Sequence record: MN794232.1 | Reading direction: 5' to 3' (one strand) | DNA: 64,000 nucleotides | Shown: positions 8,882 to 17,478 of the stretch, piece after piece | Numbering within the stretch: the stretch's first letter is position 1 | Layout: every line of letters begins with the position of its first letter | Notes under the pieces: model-generated | What the model saw: the letters and a program-made list of their open reading frames with translations, nothing else | Told to the model about the DNA's origin: nothing | Database searches by the model: none | Translations under genes and position numbers: made by a program

Positions 8882-9550
8882 ATGTTAGACAAAAATAAAG
8901 TAGATCCAGTACTTGGACAAAAAGTTGAAGCGCATCTTCGTAAAATCGGGATGCACACGCCGACTGTTGAAAACGGTCTAACTGATGATGAAAAGAAAGC
9001 TATTCTTGAAGATCGTTTCACTGACATCATGCAAGCTCTTGGTCTTGACTTATCAGACGATTCATTAGTTGATACTCCGAAGCGTTGGGCTAAGATGATG
9101 GTGAATGAGCTTATGAGCGGTCTATCGCCAGATATGTTCCCGAAATGCACTGCTGTAGACAACAAGATGAACTACGATCAGATGGTTTGTGAAAAAGGAA
9201 TTACTGTTCTTTCTCAGTGTGAGCATCACATCGTAACAATCGACGGCTTTGCCACTGTCGCATACATTCCGAAGAACAAAGTTCTTGGTCTGTCGAAAAT
9301 GAATCGAATTGTTGAGTACTTCGCTCGTCGTCCGCAGATTCAAGAACGGCTGACTGTTCAAATCGCTGAAGCACTGAAGTTCATTCTTGAAACTGAAGAC
9401 GTAGCGGTATTGATCGACGCCAAACACTATTGTGTCAAAGCACGCGGTGTTGAAGATAACAACTCAAGCACAGTGACTAGCCACTTATCTGGTGCTTTCC
9501 GTAACGAACCAGAGGCTCGCGCTGAGTTTATGTCACTTGCACGAGGGTAA
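8882..9550 (+). CDS. folE: GTP cyclohydrolase I
   Basis: TPKRWAK, SQCEHH, GLSKMNRIVEYFARRPQIQERLT, HYCVKARG. Confidence 0.97.
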   Translation: MLDKNKVDPVLGQKVEAHLRKIGMHTPTVENGLTDDEKKAILEDRFTDIMQALGLDLSDDSLVDTPKRWAKMMVNELMSGLSPDMFPKCTAVDNKMNYDQMVCEKGITVLSQCEHHIVTIDGFATVAYIPKNKVLGLSKMNRIVEYFARRPQIQERLTVQIAEALKFILETEDVAVLIDAKHYCVKARGVEDNNSSTVTSHLSGAFRNEPEARAEFMSLARG

Positions 9551-9553
9551 TTG

Positions 9554-10930
9554 ATGATAATTGAATACGTTATGTCTGCGACGGGTCATGCTCGTCTCGG
9601 TGCAGCACATAAGCTAATGGACGTGGTTGACACGTCCTATTTGCGCGACATTCTAAATGCAGCGCAAGATCTCGACGGGGTTCACAAAATCAGTATGCTG
9701 TACAATGCATATACTGAAAAGAAAGTCGGTCATCAAATCAATGACTTGTTCGGTGATTCTGTATACAAGGTACATGTCGATTCAGGTGGTCTACAGATAG
9801 TCAACTTGGGTTTAGAGAACACGCCCGAACTTCGCAAAGCAGTATACGAGAATCAAGCAGAATCTGGTGATATTGGCATGTGTTTTGACGAAATCCCATT
9901 GCACAACGAAGCAAAGGGTGGTGGCGCTGCTCGTATCAACACGAAAGACAAGGTCTTCATGTATGATCTAGCGTACAAGTACGGCGTCAAAACAGGTAAG
10001 AACATTCGCGCACAAATCGAAACTTATATCGAGAAGGGTAGCAAATGCAAGCCGTATATCATCTTACAAGGCAACTCAGACGACGACTTTAAAGCATTCA
10101 GTGACGGGATTATGTCTCAACTCGAAGGCGTTGAAGATCACATTGCTGGTTGTGCTGCTGCCGATACATGCATTGGTAATGGCGTGCGTGAGTCTATCGA
10201 CATGATGAGCGTCATTCCGAAACTCAACATCCCAGAGAAAGCAAAGAAATCAGTGCATATGCTGGGAGTTGGCTCAGTTAAACGTCTATTGCCTGCTGTA
10301 GCACTTATCAGAAGTGGTTATTTTGGCGATGACTTTCATATCAGCTATGACTCATCAACGCATACTGGATGTCTGACTAACCGAGAATACACAGACAAGC
10401 TTGGTCGTCGTCGTAAAATCTCAGGTCACGGAATTATGAAAGATGGTAAGAAATTGCCTTCTCGTGAGCTTGATGAAATGCTAGATGAAGTGTGGGGTCG
10501 ATTCGGTCATGCTCTACCGCGTAGCAAAGAAGAGTTCAAGGAATTCGCGACACGTCTGTGGTTGAAAGAACTCGACAAAGAAACAATGACTGACGAAGAT
10601 ATTGTGTTTGAAGTTGCTTGCAACTTGTGTATAATCTTATCACAAGTCAACAACTTTCAAGCGATTATATCTGAAACGTTTGACTTGAATACGCCAAAAG
10701 CTGCTGATCTGTCAGCGTTCTTCGGTGGTTCTGTTGAGAAAAAAGAGCCGCAAGAGGGATTCAAGAAGTGGTCAGCGATTCGTCGCCTTGATGTCCTTGA
10801 TAAACTACTTGACGTTAAAACTATCGAAGCATATGACCGCTGGCACAGTAGCTACGTTGATAGATTACCGTCAATGCGCATTCGTCGCGGCACGACTGCT
10901 GAATTCCCGGCTTTCAAAGAACAAGAATAG
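9554..10930 (+). CDS. dpdA: TGT-fold guanine transglycosylase, probably DNA-acting (DpdA2-like)
   Basis: HVDSGG, CFDEIP, ILQG, HMLGVGS and SYDSS motifs of the TGT/DpdA fold; lies between folE and queF. Confidence 0.7.
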   Translation: MIIEYVMSATGHARLGAAHKLMDVVDTSYLRDILNAAQDLDGVHKISMLYNAYTEKKVGHQINDLFGDSVYKVHVDSGGLQIVNLGLENTPELRKAVYENQAESGDIGMCFDEIPLHNEAKGGGAARINTKDKVFMYDLAYKYGVKTGKNIRAQIETYIEKGSKCKPYIILQGNSDDDFKAFSDGIMSQLEGVEDHIAGCAAADTCIGNGVRESIDMMSVIPKLNIPEKAKKSVHMLGVGSVKRLLPAVALIRSGYFGDDFHISYDSSTHTGCLTNREYTDKLGRRRKISGHGIMKDGKKLPSRELDEMLDEVWGRFGHALPRSKEEFKEFATRLWLKELDKETMTDEDIVFEVACNLCIILSQVNNFQAIISETFDLNTPKAADLSAFFGGSVEKKEPQEGFKKWSAIRRLDVLDKLLDVKTIEAYDRWHSSYVDRLPSMRIRRGTTAEFPAFKEQE

Positions 10931-10948
10931 CGCCTACGGGCGCTCTTT
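10929..10948 (+). terminator. UACG-loop hairpin, weak terminator or stabiliser
   Basis: AGCGCC-TACG-GGCGCT followed by CTTT; same hairpin at 28541. Confidence 0.5.
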
Positions 10949-10959
10949 ATGAGGTAAAC

Positions 10960-11868
10960 ATGAGCAATTATGATCAAGTTTCAGCTATTGCTGCTGAACA
11001 TTTAGGTAAAAAAGCTGGCGATTACAGCGATTTCGTTGACATCGTAGAAGTTCGCCCTGATTTACTCGTGCCAATCCCGCGTGAACTGAATCGAACTGAC
11101 TACGGTATCACAAATGAAGACTTTGCAGGGTTTGATACGTGGCATGGCTTCGAAGTTTCTGCACTGACTGAACAAGGTCTGCCTGTATCAGGCATGGCTA
11201 AAGTAGTGTATCCGAGTGATTCACCGAACATCGTTGAAAGTAAATCAATGAAACTGTACTGGAATAGCTTCAACATGGCTAAAGTCGCTGCGACTCGTGC
11301 TGAAGTGAAAGATGCAATTGAAGCAATCGCGTCGCGTGATCTATCTGAAGTCATCGGTGCGCCTGTTCAAGTGAGTTTCTTCACTGAAAAGCTAACTCAA
11401 CCTCATGGTATGACTGGCTTTGCTGAACTCGACAAATATGTTTCTGAATCGACTGTGTTTGACTCTGAGAGTGGTGCTGACACCGAGCTATTGCAAGAGT
11501 CGCACATCAAGAAACTGAAAGTGTTCACGCCTAATCTGCGTTCAAACTGTCGCGTTACACACCAACCCGACTTCGGTGATTTGTACGTATACATGAGCGG
11601 CGAAAAGACTCCGACTGTTGATAGTCTGATGCAATACATCGTTTCTTTCCGCAAAGAGAATCATTTCCATGAAGAATGCGTTGAAATGATTTACAAAGCG
11701 TTGCTTGACAAGTTCGACCCGACTGAACTGATGGTCACAGCGTTATACACACGTCGCGGTGGATGGAATATCTGTCCAGCACGAGCGACACACGAAGAGC
11801 TATTGCCAGAAGCACTTGGTAGTAAATCTGTCTCGCACACTAACGGAAGTTGTTTATTCCGTCAGTAA
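10960..11868 (+). CDS. queF: NADPH-dependent preQ0 reductase (bimodular QueF)
   Basis: LLVPIPR, QueF motif ESKSMKLYWNSF, catalytic SNCRVTHQPD, FHEECVE, YTRRGG. Confidence 0.93.
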   Translation: MSNYDQVSAIAAEHLGKKAGDYSDFVDIVEVRPDLLVPIPRELNRTDYGITNEDFAGFDTWHGFEVSALTEQGLPVSGMAKVVYPSDSPNIVESKSMKLYWNSFNMAKVAATRAEVKDAIEAIASRDLSEVIGAPVQVSFFTEKLTQPHGMTGFAELDKYVSESTVFDSESGADTELLQESHIKKLKVFTPNLRSNCRVTHQPDFGDLYVYMSGEKTPTVDSLMQYIVSFRKENHFHEECVEMIYKALLDKFDPTELMVTALYTRRGGWNICPARATHEELLPEALGSKSVSHTNGSCLFRQ

Positions 11869-11923
11869 TAAGAGCTATGATGAGTGTTCAATTGTGAGCA
11901 CTCATATACTTGAGAGGTTAAAA

Positions 11924-12640
11924 ATGAAAGTAGTATCTGTTCTAAGCGGTGGCTTGGACTCAACAATCCTTACGTACAAACTAGTTGACGAATTCGGCAA
12001 AGACAATGTGTTTGCATTATCGTTCTACTACGGTCAAAAACAGTCGATTGAGCTAGAAAAAGCTAAATTGACTTGTCAAAAGCTCGGCATCGAGCATCGT
12101 CTAATTGACATTTCATTCTTAGGTGAAGTCGTCGCGCCAGTCTGTGCGAATATCGCTGGTTCAGATGTTGCTATGCCAACTATTCAAGATGTTCTCGGTG
12201 ATCCTCAGCCACCAACTGAAGTTCCATATCGTAACATGCTATTGAACACAATCGCGTTCTCATTCGCACAAGCAAATGATTGTTCAGCGGTGTTTACTGG
12301 CATTCAAGTGCATGACGCATATGGTTATTGGGACTGCACGCAAGATTTTCTTGACGGTATGAACAAAATTTCAGCACTGAATCGTCAACACGAAATTTTG
12401 TTACTTGCGCCATTCGCTCAAATGTCAAAAGCAGATGAAATAGAAATCGGCGTTCAGCTTGGTGTGCCGTTCGAGGATAGTCTGACTTGTTACGACCCGA
12501 ACGAAGCTGGCGAAAGCTGTGGTAAATGTCCGTCGTGTGCTGAACGCATCATGAACTTCGGCAAAGCTGGTATAGTCGATCCTGCGCCTTACTCAATTGA
12601 CATCCCGTGGGAGCAAGTATTTGCTAAGGCAGGTCATTAA
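11924..12640 (+). CDS. queC: 7-cyano-7-deazaguanine synthase
   Basis: SGGLDS, YGQKQ..E, VPYRN, CYD...CGKCPSC..R; start at 11924 after GAGAGG. Confidence 0.95.
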   Translation: MKVVSVLSGGLDSTILTYKLVDEFGKDNVFALSFYYGQKQSIELEKAKLTCQKLGIEHRLIDISFLGEVVAPVCANIAGSDVAMPTIQDVLGDPQPPTEVPYRNMLLNTIAFSFAQANDCSAVFTGIQVHDAYGYWDCTQDFLDGMNKISALNRQHEILLLAPFAQMSKADEIEIGVQLGVPFEDSLTCYDPNEAGESCGKCPSCAERIMNFGKAGIVDPAPYSIDIPWEQVFAKAGH

Positions 12641-13248
12641 TGTGTGGATTATTTGCTGCTAGAAGCAAGCAAGAGCTTATTGAATTGTCAAAAAGCAACA
12701 TTCATCGTGGTTCGCGTACTCACTCTGTGAGTACGTTTAAGAACGGTCACGTGACGATTCATAAGTTTACAGGCGCGTTTGACGCGACGAATGTTCCCGA
12801 TAGTGCAGATTTTTATATCTGTCACGTACAAGCACCAACGGGAACAAGTGCTCAAGCACATCCCGCTATTGTGACAATCGAAGAGAATGGTCAGTTACAC
12901 GATTCACACGTGTGGCACAATGGCATTCTTAAAGATCATTACATGAAAAAGCAGTCTCAAGATTGGGATACTGCACACATTGCCGAAGCAATTTGCTACG
13001 GAAAACTAAACGAACTTGACGGTACATTTGCTTGTTTTCACTTCATAAACGGTCATTTGCGTGTATTTCGCAATGAAATCAGCCCGCTGTTCATGAGTGA
13101 AGACGGGACATCGTTTAGCAGCACGCGAACGATTCTGACACCAGAGCATGTTGAGCCGAATAAAGTGTTTAACATCGACTTGAAGACGTTTAAAATGTCA
13201 ATCGTAAACGAGTTCAAGACTCTAGAAAACCCCTATTTCTTTATGTGA
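12640..13248 (+). CDS. Class II (Ntn) glutamine amidotransferase, stand-alone
   Basis: MCG N-terminus (Cys2 nucleophile), HRGS, HVQAPT, WHNGIL; TAATG-coupled to queC. Confidence 0.8.
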   Translation: MCGLFAARSKQELIELSKSNIHRGSRTHSVSTFKNGHVTIHKFTGAFDATNVPDSADFYICHVQAPTGTSAQAHPAIVTIEENGQLHDSHVWHNGILKDHYMKKQSQDWDTAHIAEAICYGKLNELDGTFACFHFINGHLRVFRNEISPLFMSEDGTSFSSTRTILTPEHVEPNKVFNIDLKTFKMSIVNEFKTLENPYFFM

Positions 13249-13256
13249 GGTAAAAC

Positions 13257-13532
13257 ATGATTGAAGTGAATATCGACGACTTGCTTAAAAACGGCAAAGT
13301 CACATTTGAATTTGAGAAAGCAGACGGCACTATCAAGACAGTGACCGGTACGCGCAATCTCGATTTCATCCCAATTGAGTTTCATCCGAAAGACAAGCCT
13401 TTAGCTGAAGGTGAGACGAAGCCAGAGAAAACAGAAAAGCAAAAAGCAACATGCGGTTACTTCGATCTCGAAGCTAATGGCTGGCGCTCATTCAAACGTG
13501 CGAATCTTCGCGAAGTAAAATCGTTTGTATAA
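13257..13532 (+). CDS. SH3/Sm-like beta-barrel protein (WYL_2/DUF2693-like)
   Basis: FEFEKADGTIKTVTGT...YFDLEANGWRSF. Confidence 0.65.
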   Translation: MIEVNIDDLLKNGKVTFEFEKADGTIKTVTGTRNLDFIPIEFHPKDKPLAEGETKPEKTEKQKATCGYFDLEANGWRSFKRANLREVKSFV

Positions 13533-13725
13533 CGACCCGTTTGCTGAACAATTGCGCGTCGGACAGTGGATTCTTCACAAGAAGACGGGTAACGTGTATA
13601 CAGTAACGAGTAAAGGCAAACTCAAGTTCGACGGTAAATGGTATAATTCTGTCACTTACACGAGCGAACTAGGCGACGTATATACAAGAACATACGACGA
13701 CTTCCGCGGGTTTGAACTAGCATAA
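13525..13725 (+). CDS. DUF1653-like small protein
   Basis: HKKTGNVYTV...VTY...VYTRTYDDF; TTG start. Confidence 0.55.
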   Translation: MYNDPFAEQLRVGQWILHKKTGNVYTVTSKGKLKFDGKWYNSVTYTSELGDVYTRTYDDFRGFELA

Positions 13726-13830
13726 GTCCGCACTGAGAGACGGTCGCAGTGCGCTGATAAAACAGCGATCAACAAATAGGAGTGATGGGCCCTAACTCAT
13801 CAATTCATCAACTTTCGTGAGATCTATATA

Positions 13831-14037
13831 ATGGCTACAGATAAAGAATTACTCAATGACGTAAACAACTTCTGGATTGGTTGGGATCAACGCGGTCCCG
13901 AGAGTCGAGATTACGATGTTGAGCACGGTAATATGCGCAAGAAATGTCGTGAGTTTGAAGAGCGTAAGAAAGCTACAGACGAACGCATTGCAGCATTTGA
14001 AGAAACACGAAACAAATACAAAAGACGAGAGAAATAA
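13831..14037 (+). CDS. Hypothetical protein
   Basis: 68 aa; coupled to gp31. Confidence 0.7.
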   Translation: MATDKELLNDVNNFWIGWDQRGPESRDYDVEHGNMRKKCREFEERKKATDERIAAFEETRNKYKRREK

Positions 14038-14375
14038 TGACACTTAAAGCATACGCAATGGGCGAACAAATCATCATCGACACAAAAGCTGTTAAAGAAG
14101 GTGAAGAAATCAAATCCGAAGGCGGCATCGTTCTAGGACGTGCAACACAAGGTGAAGTTCCGCTACACGGTATCGTAATTTCTGTCGGTGAAGACGTTGA
14201 CCAAAACGTCATCAAAGTCGGTGATAAAGTTCTATTACCACAAGGCAATATGAAAAACGTTCCAGATCCACGCATTATCGCAGGTATCATGAAGCCAGAT
14301 GATCAAGACCGCGCACTCTGGGTACACACTCACTACAAAAATATCGCGGCTGTGTATCGCGACGACGAGGAATAA
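14037..14375 (+). CDS. gp31: GroES-like co-chaperonin for capsid folding (T4 gp31 family)
   Basis: KSEGGIVLG mobile loop, VISVG, KVGDKVLLP, HYKNIAAVY. Confidence 0.9.
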   Translation: MTLKAYAMGEQIIIDTKAVKEGEEIKSEGGIVLGRATQGEVPLHGIVISVGEDVDQNVIKVGDKVLLPQGNMKNVPDPRIIAGIMKPDDQDRALWVHTHYKNIAAVYRDDEE

Positions 14376-14376
14376 G

Positions 14377-14766
14377 ATGAACGACAACTTACGAATGATT
14401 GAAGTTTCAGCAACTGGTTACTACAGCAACGCTACTGCTGCACATACGTGCTGGGTGACTGCTGAATTCGTTGAGAAGTACGAAGACGAAATCAAGAAGT
14501 TCGATTTCTACTTCAGCGACCTTGATGGTAAGCATTCTGAAACTCATGCTGATATTGAAATCTACTCTGACCAGCGTGATATGGCATTGGCGTGGAGCGA
14601 ATCTCAAGGTGAAGATTGGTCAATTACTGAAATCATGTTCGACCAAGATGTGTTTGAAGATGCTGATATTGAAGAAATGATCAGCTTGAACGAAGACATG
14701 AACAACACGATTGAAGTCAAGACACAAACAGTCATCACAATCGGTACTGAAACTATCGTTGTATAA
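14377..14766 (+). CDS. Hypothetical acidic protein
   Basis: ATG at 14377 after GAGG. Confidence 0.7.
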   Translation: MNDNLRMIEVSATGYYSNATAAHTCWVTAEFVEKYEDEIKKFDFYFSDLDGKHSETHADIEIYSDQRDMALAWSESQGEDWSITEIMFDQDVFEDADIEEMISLNEDMNNTIEVKTQTVITIGTETIVV

Positions 14767-14795
14767 TTCAGCGAAACGTGAAAGTATAGTTACAC

Positions 14796-14821
14796 AAAAG
14801 GGAGCTAATTGCTCCCTTTTT
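14796..14821. terminator. Bidirectional terminator between convergent genes
   Basis: AAAAGGGAGC-taatt-GCTCCCTTTT. Confidence 0.85.
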
Positions 14822-14822
14822 G

Positions 14823-15332
14823 CTATTCATCATCTTCGGCGTAACCATACTTGTTGTTATCAAAGTCACAACGGGGGTTATGCAAGAAACTCTTTCTATA
14901 AATCTTCTCTAAATCACTCTTCTTAGCGTTGTCTGGGTACTTAATACCAAGACTGTCCAAATGTTCCTTTTGCTCTTGTAGCTTCAAACGACTGAAGATC
15001 TTAGTTTGGTCTTTCGGATGTTGTGGATGATAATCATTATCTGAGTAATCAGCTTCTAGGTAATCAACGAGATTACGCAACCACTGAACGTAATTGATTC
15101 CACGACCCTTCAAACCAGAGCGAGTGAACTTGTGAATAACAACACCTTCGTAAGTGTTGCACGCACGACAAAGAACGCCACGAATATGACCAGTATTATG
15201 GTCATGATCAGTATGCGGTGTGCTTTTCTCTTCACTCAGTTTCGTCCCACATAACACACATCGGTCAAGTTGGCTCATGATGAGTTCGTTGCGGCATTCG
15301 GTCAGTTCTGATTGTTTTAATTGCTTGCTCAT
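14823..15332 (-). CDS. Recombination endonuclease VII homologue (T4 gp49-like resolvase)
   Basis: CVLC...DHDH..GHIRGVLCRACN..EG...HKFTRSGLKG...WL.NL..YL..DY...HP, matching Endo VII along its length. Confidence 0.88.
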   Translation of the reverse strand: MSKQLKQSELTECRNELIMSQLDRCVLCGTKLSEEKSTPHTDHDHNTGHIRGVLCRACNTYEGVVIHKFTRSGLKGRGINYVQWLRNLVDYLEADYSDNDYHPQHPKDQTKIFSRLKLQEQKEHLDSLGIKYPDNAKKSDLEKIYRKSFLHNPRCDFDNNKYGYAEDDE

Positions 15333-15352
15333 GTATTTTTCTCAAAAAGTTA

Positions 15353-15381
15353 TTGACTATACTCTTGTTTATATGTACAAT
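15353..15381 (+). promoter_or_regulatory. Early promoter, with a divergent late-like TATAAACA (15366-15373, - strand) in its spacer
   Basis: TTGACT-17 bp-TACAAT. Confidence 0.7.
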
Positions 15382-15411
15382 GAGAAGGCAAATTCGTATA
15401 AGGAATATAAC

Positions 15412-15666
15412 ATGGCAGCAAGACTATTAAGACAACGACTTGAAACACTCGCGTTGTGTGAGTTTAGTCAAGTTGAAGTGCGATACTTCGAAAACGGTAG
15501 CGAACGCTACAAAACACCCGAACTGACATTCGATGTAGATGCGAATTCAGCAATCATTGTAATGTCAGACTCAGCCGGTCGAGTTGAATACTCAGACACT
15601 GAGATTGAAAAACAAATTGCGAGTCTTGAAGAACTCGCACATCGTGAACGCTTTTTAGGAATTTAA
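15412..15666 (+). CDS. Hypothetical protein
   Basis: ATG at 15412 after AAGGA. Confidence 0.7.
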   Translation: MAARLLRQRLETLALCEFSQVEVRYFENGSERYKTPELTFDVDANSAIIVMSDSAGRVEYSDTEIEKQIASLEELAHRERFLGI

Positions 15667-15675
15667 GGTAAATTT

Positions 15676-16683
15676 ATGAGCTTTGTGAAATACACATCAT
15701 TAGAAAACAGCTACCGTCAAGCATTCGTAGACAAATGCGACATGCTTGGCGTTCGCGAGTGGGTAGCACTTGAGAAGATTCACGGTGCTAACTTCAGTTT
15801 CATCGTCGAGTTCAAGCCGAATAAAGCACAAGACGGCGCAGAATTCACTGTAACGCCCGCTAAACGCACTTCTACTATCGGTGCTAACGTTATGGGCGAT
15901 TACGACTTCTACGGCTGTACGAGCGTTGTAGAAGCTCACACAGCGAAGATGGAAGCAATCTCAAACTGGCTGTGGGCGCGTGGGATCATCAATGTAGGTG
16001 AAACAATCATCGTCTACGGTGAACTTGCAGGCAAAGGCGTTCAGAAAGAAGTGAACTACGGTGATAAAGACTTCTGGGCTTACGACATCTTGCTGCCTGA
16101 AACAGGCAAGTTTCTAGATTGGGATGTCGTGCTCGAAGCGTGTGAGTTTGCAAAAGTCAAGACGACTCACGAAATTGCTCGTGGCACACTCGATGAACTA
16201 CTTCGAATTGACCCCCTCTTCAGAAGCTTTCACACGCCCGCTGACGTTGACGGTGAAAATGTAGCAGAAGGGTTCGTTGTTAAGCAATTACGCAATGAGA
16301 AACGCTTACACAACGGTTCTCGTGCAATTCTGAAGGTCAAGAACGATAAGTTCAAAGAGAAAAAGAACAAAGCAGGTAAAACTCCTCGTGCTGCTGTTGT
16401 TCTTACTGAAGAGCAAGAGAAACTACACGCTGCGTTTAGCTGCTACTTAACTGAAAACCGTTTACGTAACGTGCTAAGTAAGCTTGAGACTGTGACACAA
16501 AAGCAGTTCGGGATGATCAGCGGTTTATTCATCAAAGACGCCAAAGATGAGTTTGAGCGTGACGAACTCAACGAAACGGCAATTGCTCGTGATGATTGGG
16601 ACGTGATCAAGCGTTCACTGACGAATATCGCCAATGAAATTTTACGCAAGAACTGGCTGGATATTCTAGACGGGAATTTCTAA
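15676..16683 (+). CDS. rnlB: RNA ligase 2
   Basis: FVKYTSLENSY, motif I EKIHGANFS, GEL, EGFVVK, ILKVKNDKFKE; 335 aa. Confidence 0.93.
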   Translation: MSFVKYTSLENSYRQAFVDKCDMLGVREWVALEKIHGANFSFIVEFKPNKAQDGAEFTVTPAKRTSTIGANVMGDYDFYGCTSVVEAHTAKMEAISNWLWARGIINVGETIIVYGELAGKGVQKEVNYGDKDFWAYDILLPETGKFLDWDVVLEACEFAKVKTTHEIARGTLDELLRIDPLFRSFHTPADVDGENVAEGFVVKQLRNEKRLHNGSRAILKVKNDKFKEKKNKAGKTPRAAVVLTEEQEKLHAAFSCYLTENRLRNVLSKLETVTQKQFGMISGLFIKDAKDEFERDELNETAIARDDWDVIKRSLTNIANEILRKNWLDILDGNF

Positions 16684-16685
16684 AC

Positions 16686-16880
16686 TTGAAAAAGCGTGCG
16701 TGGTTCTTTGTATTTTGCGGAATCGGTGCTATAAGCTACTTCGGTGGCTTATTCTTAGCGTCGCTGCTTATCTCGAAGTCAATCGAAGCATCTATAATGT
16801 TCATCGGAATCGTGTTTCTAGCCCTCTTAAATACAATCAGAGCGGGCATCGAAGAAGATGAAAACAACAAAGCCCCTTAA
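16686..16880 (+). CDS. Small membrane protein
   Basis: 64 aa; two hydrophobic helices. Confidence 0.6.
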   Translation: MKKRAWFFVFCGIGAISYFGGLFLASLLISKSIEASIMFIGIVFLALLNTIRAGIEEDENNKAP

Positions 16881-16893
16881 TTGGGGCTTTTTT
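16869..16893 (+). terminator. Intrinsic terminator
   Basis: AAAGCCCC-ttaatt-GGGGCTTT followed by TTT; identical copy at 46069. Confidence 0.85.
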
Positions 16894-16907
16894 ATGGGTG
16901 AAAGAAA

Positions 16908-17456
16908 ATGGCATTTATGAAAAAAGAGAAAGACGCAAAAGACATTACCGAAGCAGATATGCAGTACGCAATTGCAGTACAAAGCGTATGGATTCACAAA
17001 CGCTACACAGCGATTATTCCAAACTGTTACACCAAATGGGATAATGAAGCTGATCTGTTTGCTATTCGTCCAAGTGGTCTTTGTGATGAGATTGAAATCA
17101 AAGTATCCAAAGCTGATTTTCGAATTGATGAACAAAAATCCGTTAAGGTCATCGACGAAAGTACGCCAAATTTACGTTGGCATCGTTATGAAGACGTTCC
17201 AAAACGCACAGCATTGCAAGATGGTAAAATGTCGAACTACTTCTGGTATGCATTCCCTAAAGGGCTTGTAGACCACTCTGAAGTCCCAGAATGGGCTGGT
17301 ATAATCGAAGTGGATGGATTTCTGAACGCCAGAGAAGTAAGAATGCCTAAACGTCTGCATGGCGGTAAGATGACAATCGAAGAACAGCTAAAGCAAATCA
17401 AGAAACTTGGATATCGCTTCTGGAATCTGGTTAAAAAGAACAAAAAGGAACAGTGA
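16908..17456 (+). CDS. PD-(D/E)xK nuclease-like protein (MmcB-like)
   Basis: ADL...EIEIKVSKADF, NYFWYAFP, VPEWAGII. Confidence 0.7.
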   Translation: MAFMKKEKDAKDITEADMQYAIAVQSVWIHKRYTAIIPNCYTKWDNEADLFAIRPSGLCDEIEIKVSKADFRIDEQKSVKVIDESTPNLRWHRYEDVPKRTALQDGKMSNYFWYAFPKGLVDHSEVPEWAGIIEVDGFLNAREVRMPKRLHGGKMTIEEQLKQIKKLGYRFWNLVKKNKKEQ

Positions 17457-17478
17457 GGCGGAAAAATTCCGCATCATC

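Noticed and set aside
9554-10930. Canonical bacterial tRNA-guanine transglycosylase
   Set aside because: Only core motifs match; the length and the lack of a clear C-terminal CxCxxC...H zinc site fit a divergent DpdA-like enzyme better. The substrate is unproven.
10960-11868. QueF-like amidinotransferase (QueF-L) instead of QueF
   Set aside because: The NADPH-binding QueF motif ESKSMKLYW and the bimodular length are present, which fits the reductase.
11759-11923. 55-aa N-terminal extension of QueC
   Set aside because: It overlaps queF; the GAGAGG RBS points to ATG 11924, where the family N-terminus begins.
11869-11923. preQ1-I riboswitch upstream of queC
   Set aside because: No short P1 with the ligand-binding loop and no A-rich 3' tail; only a simple hairpin is present.
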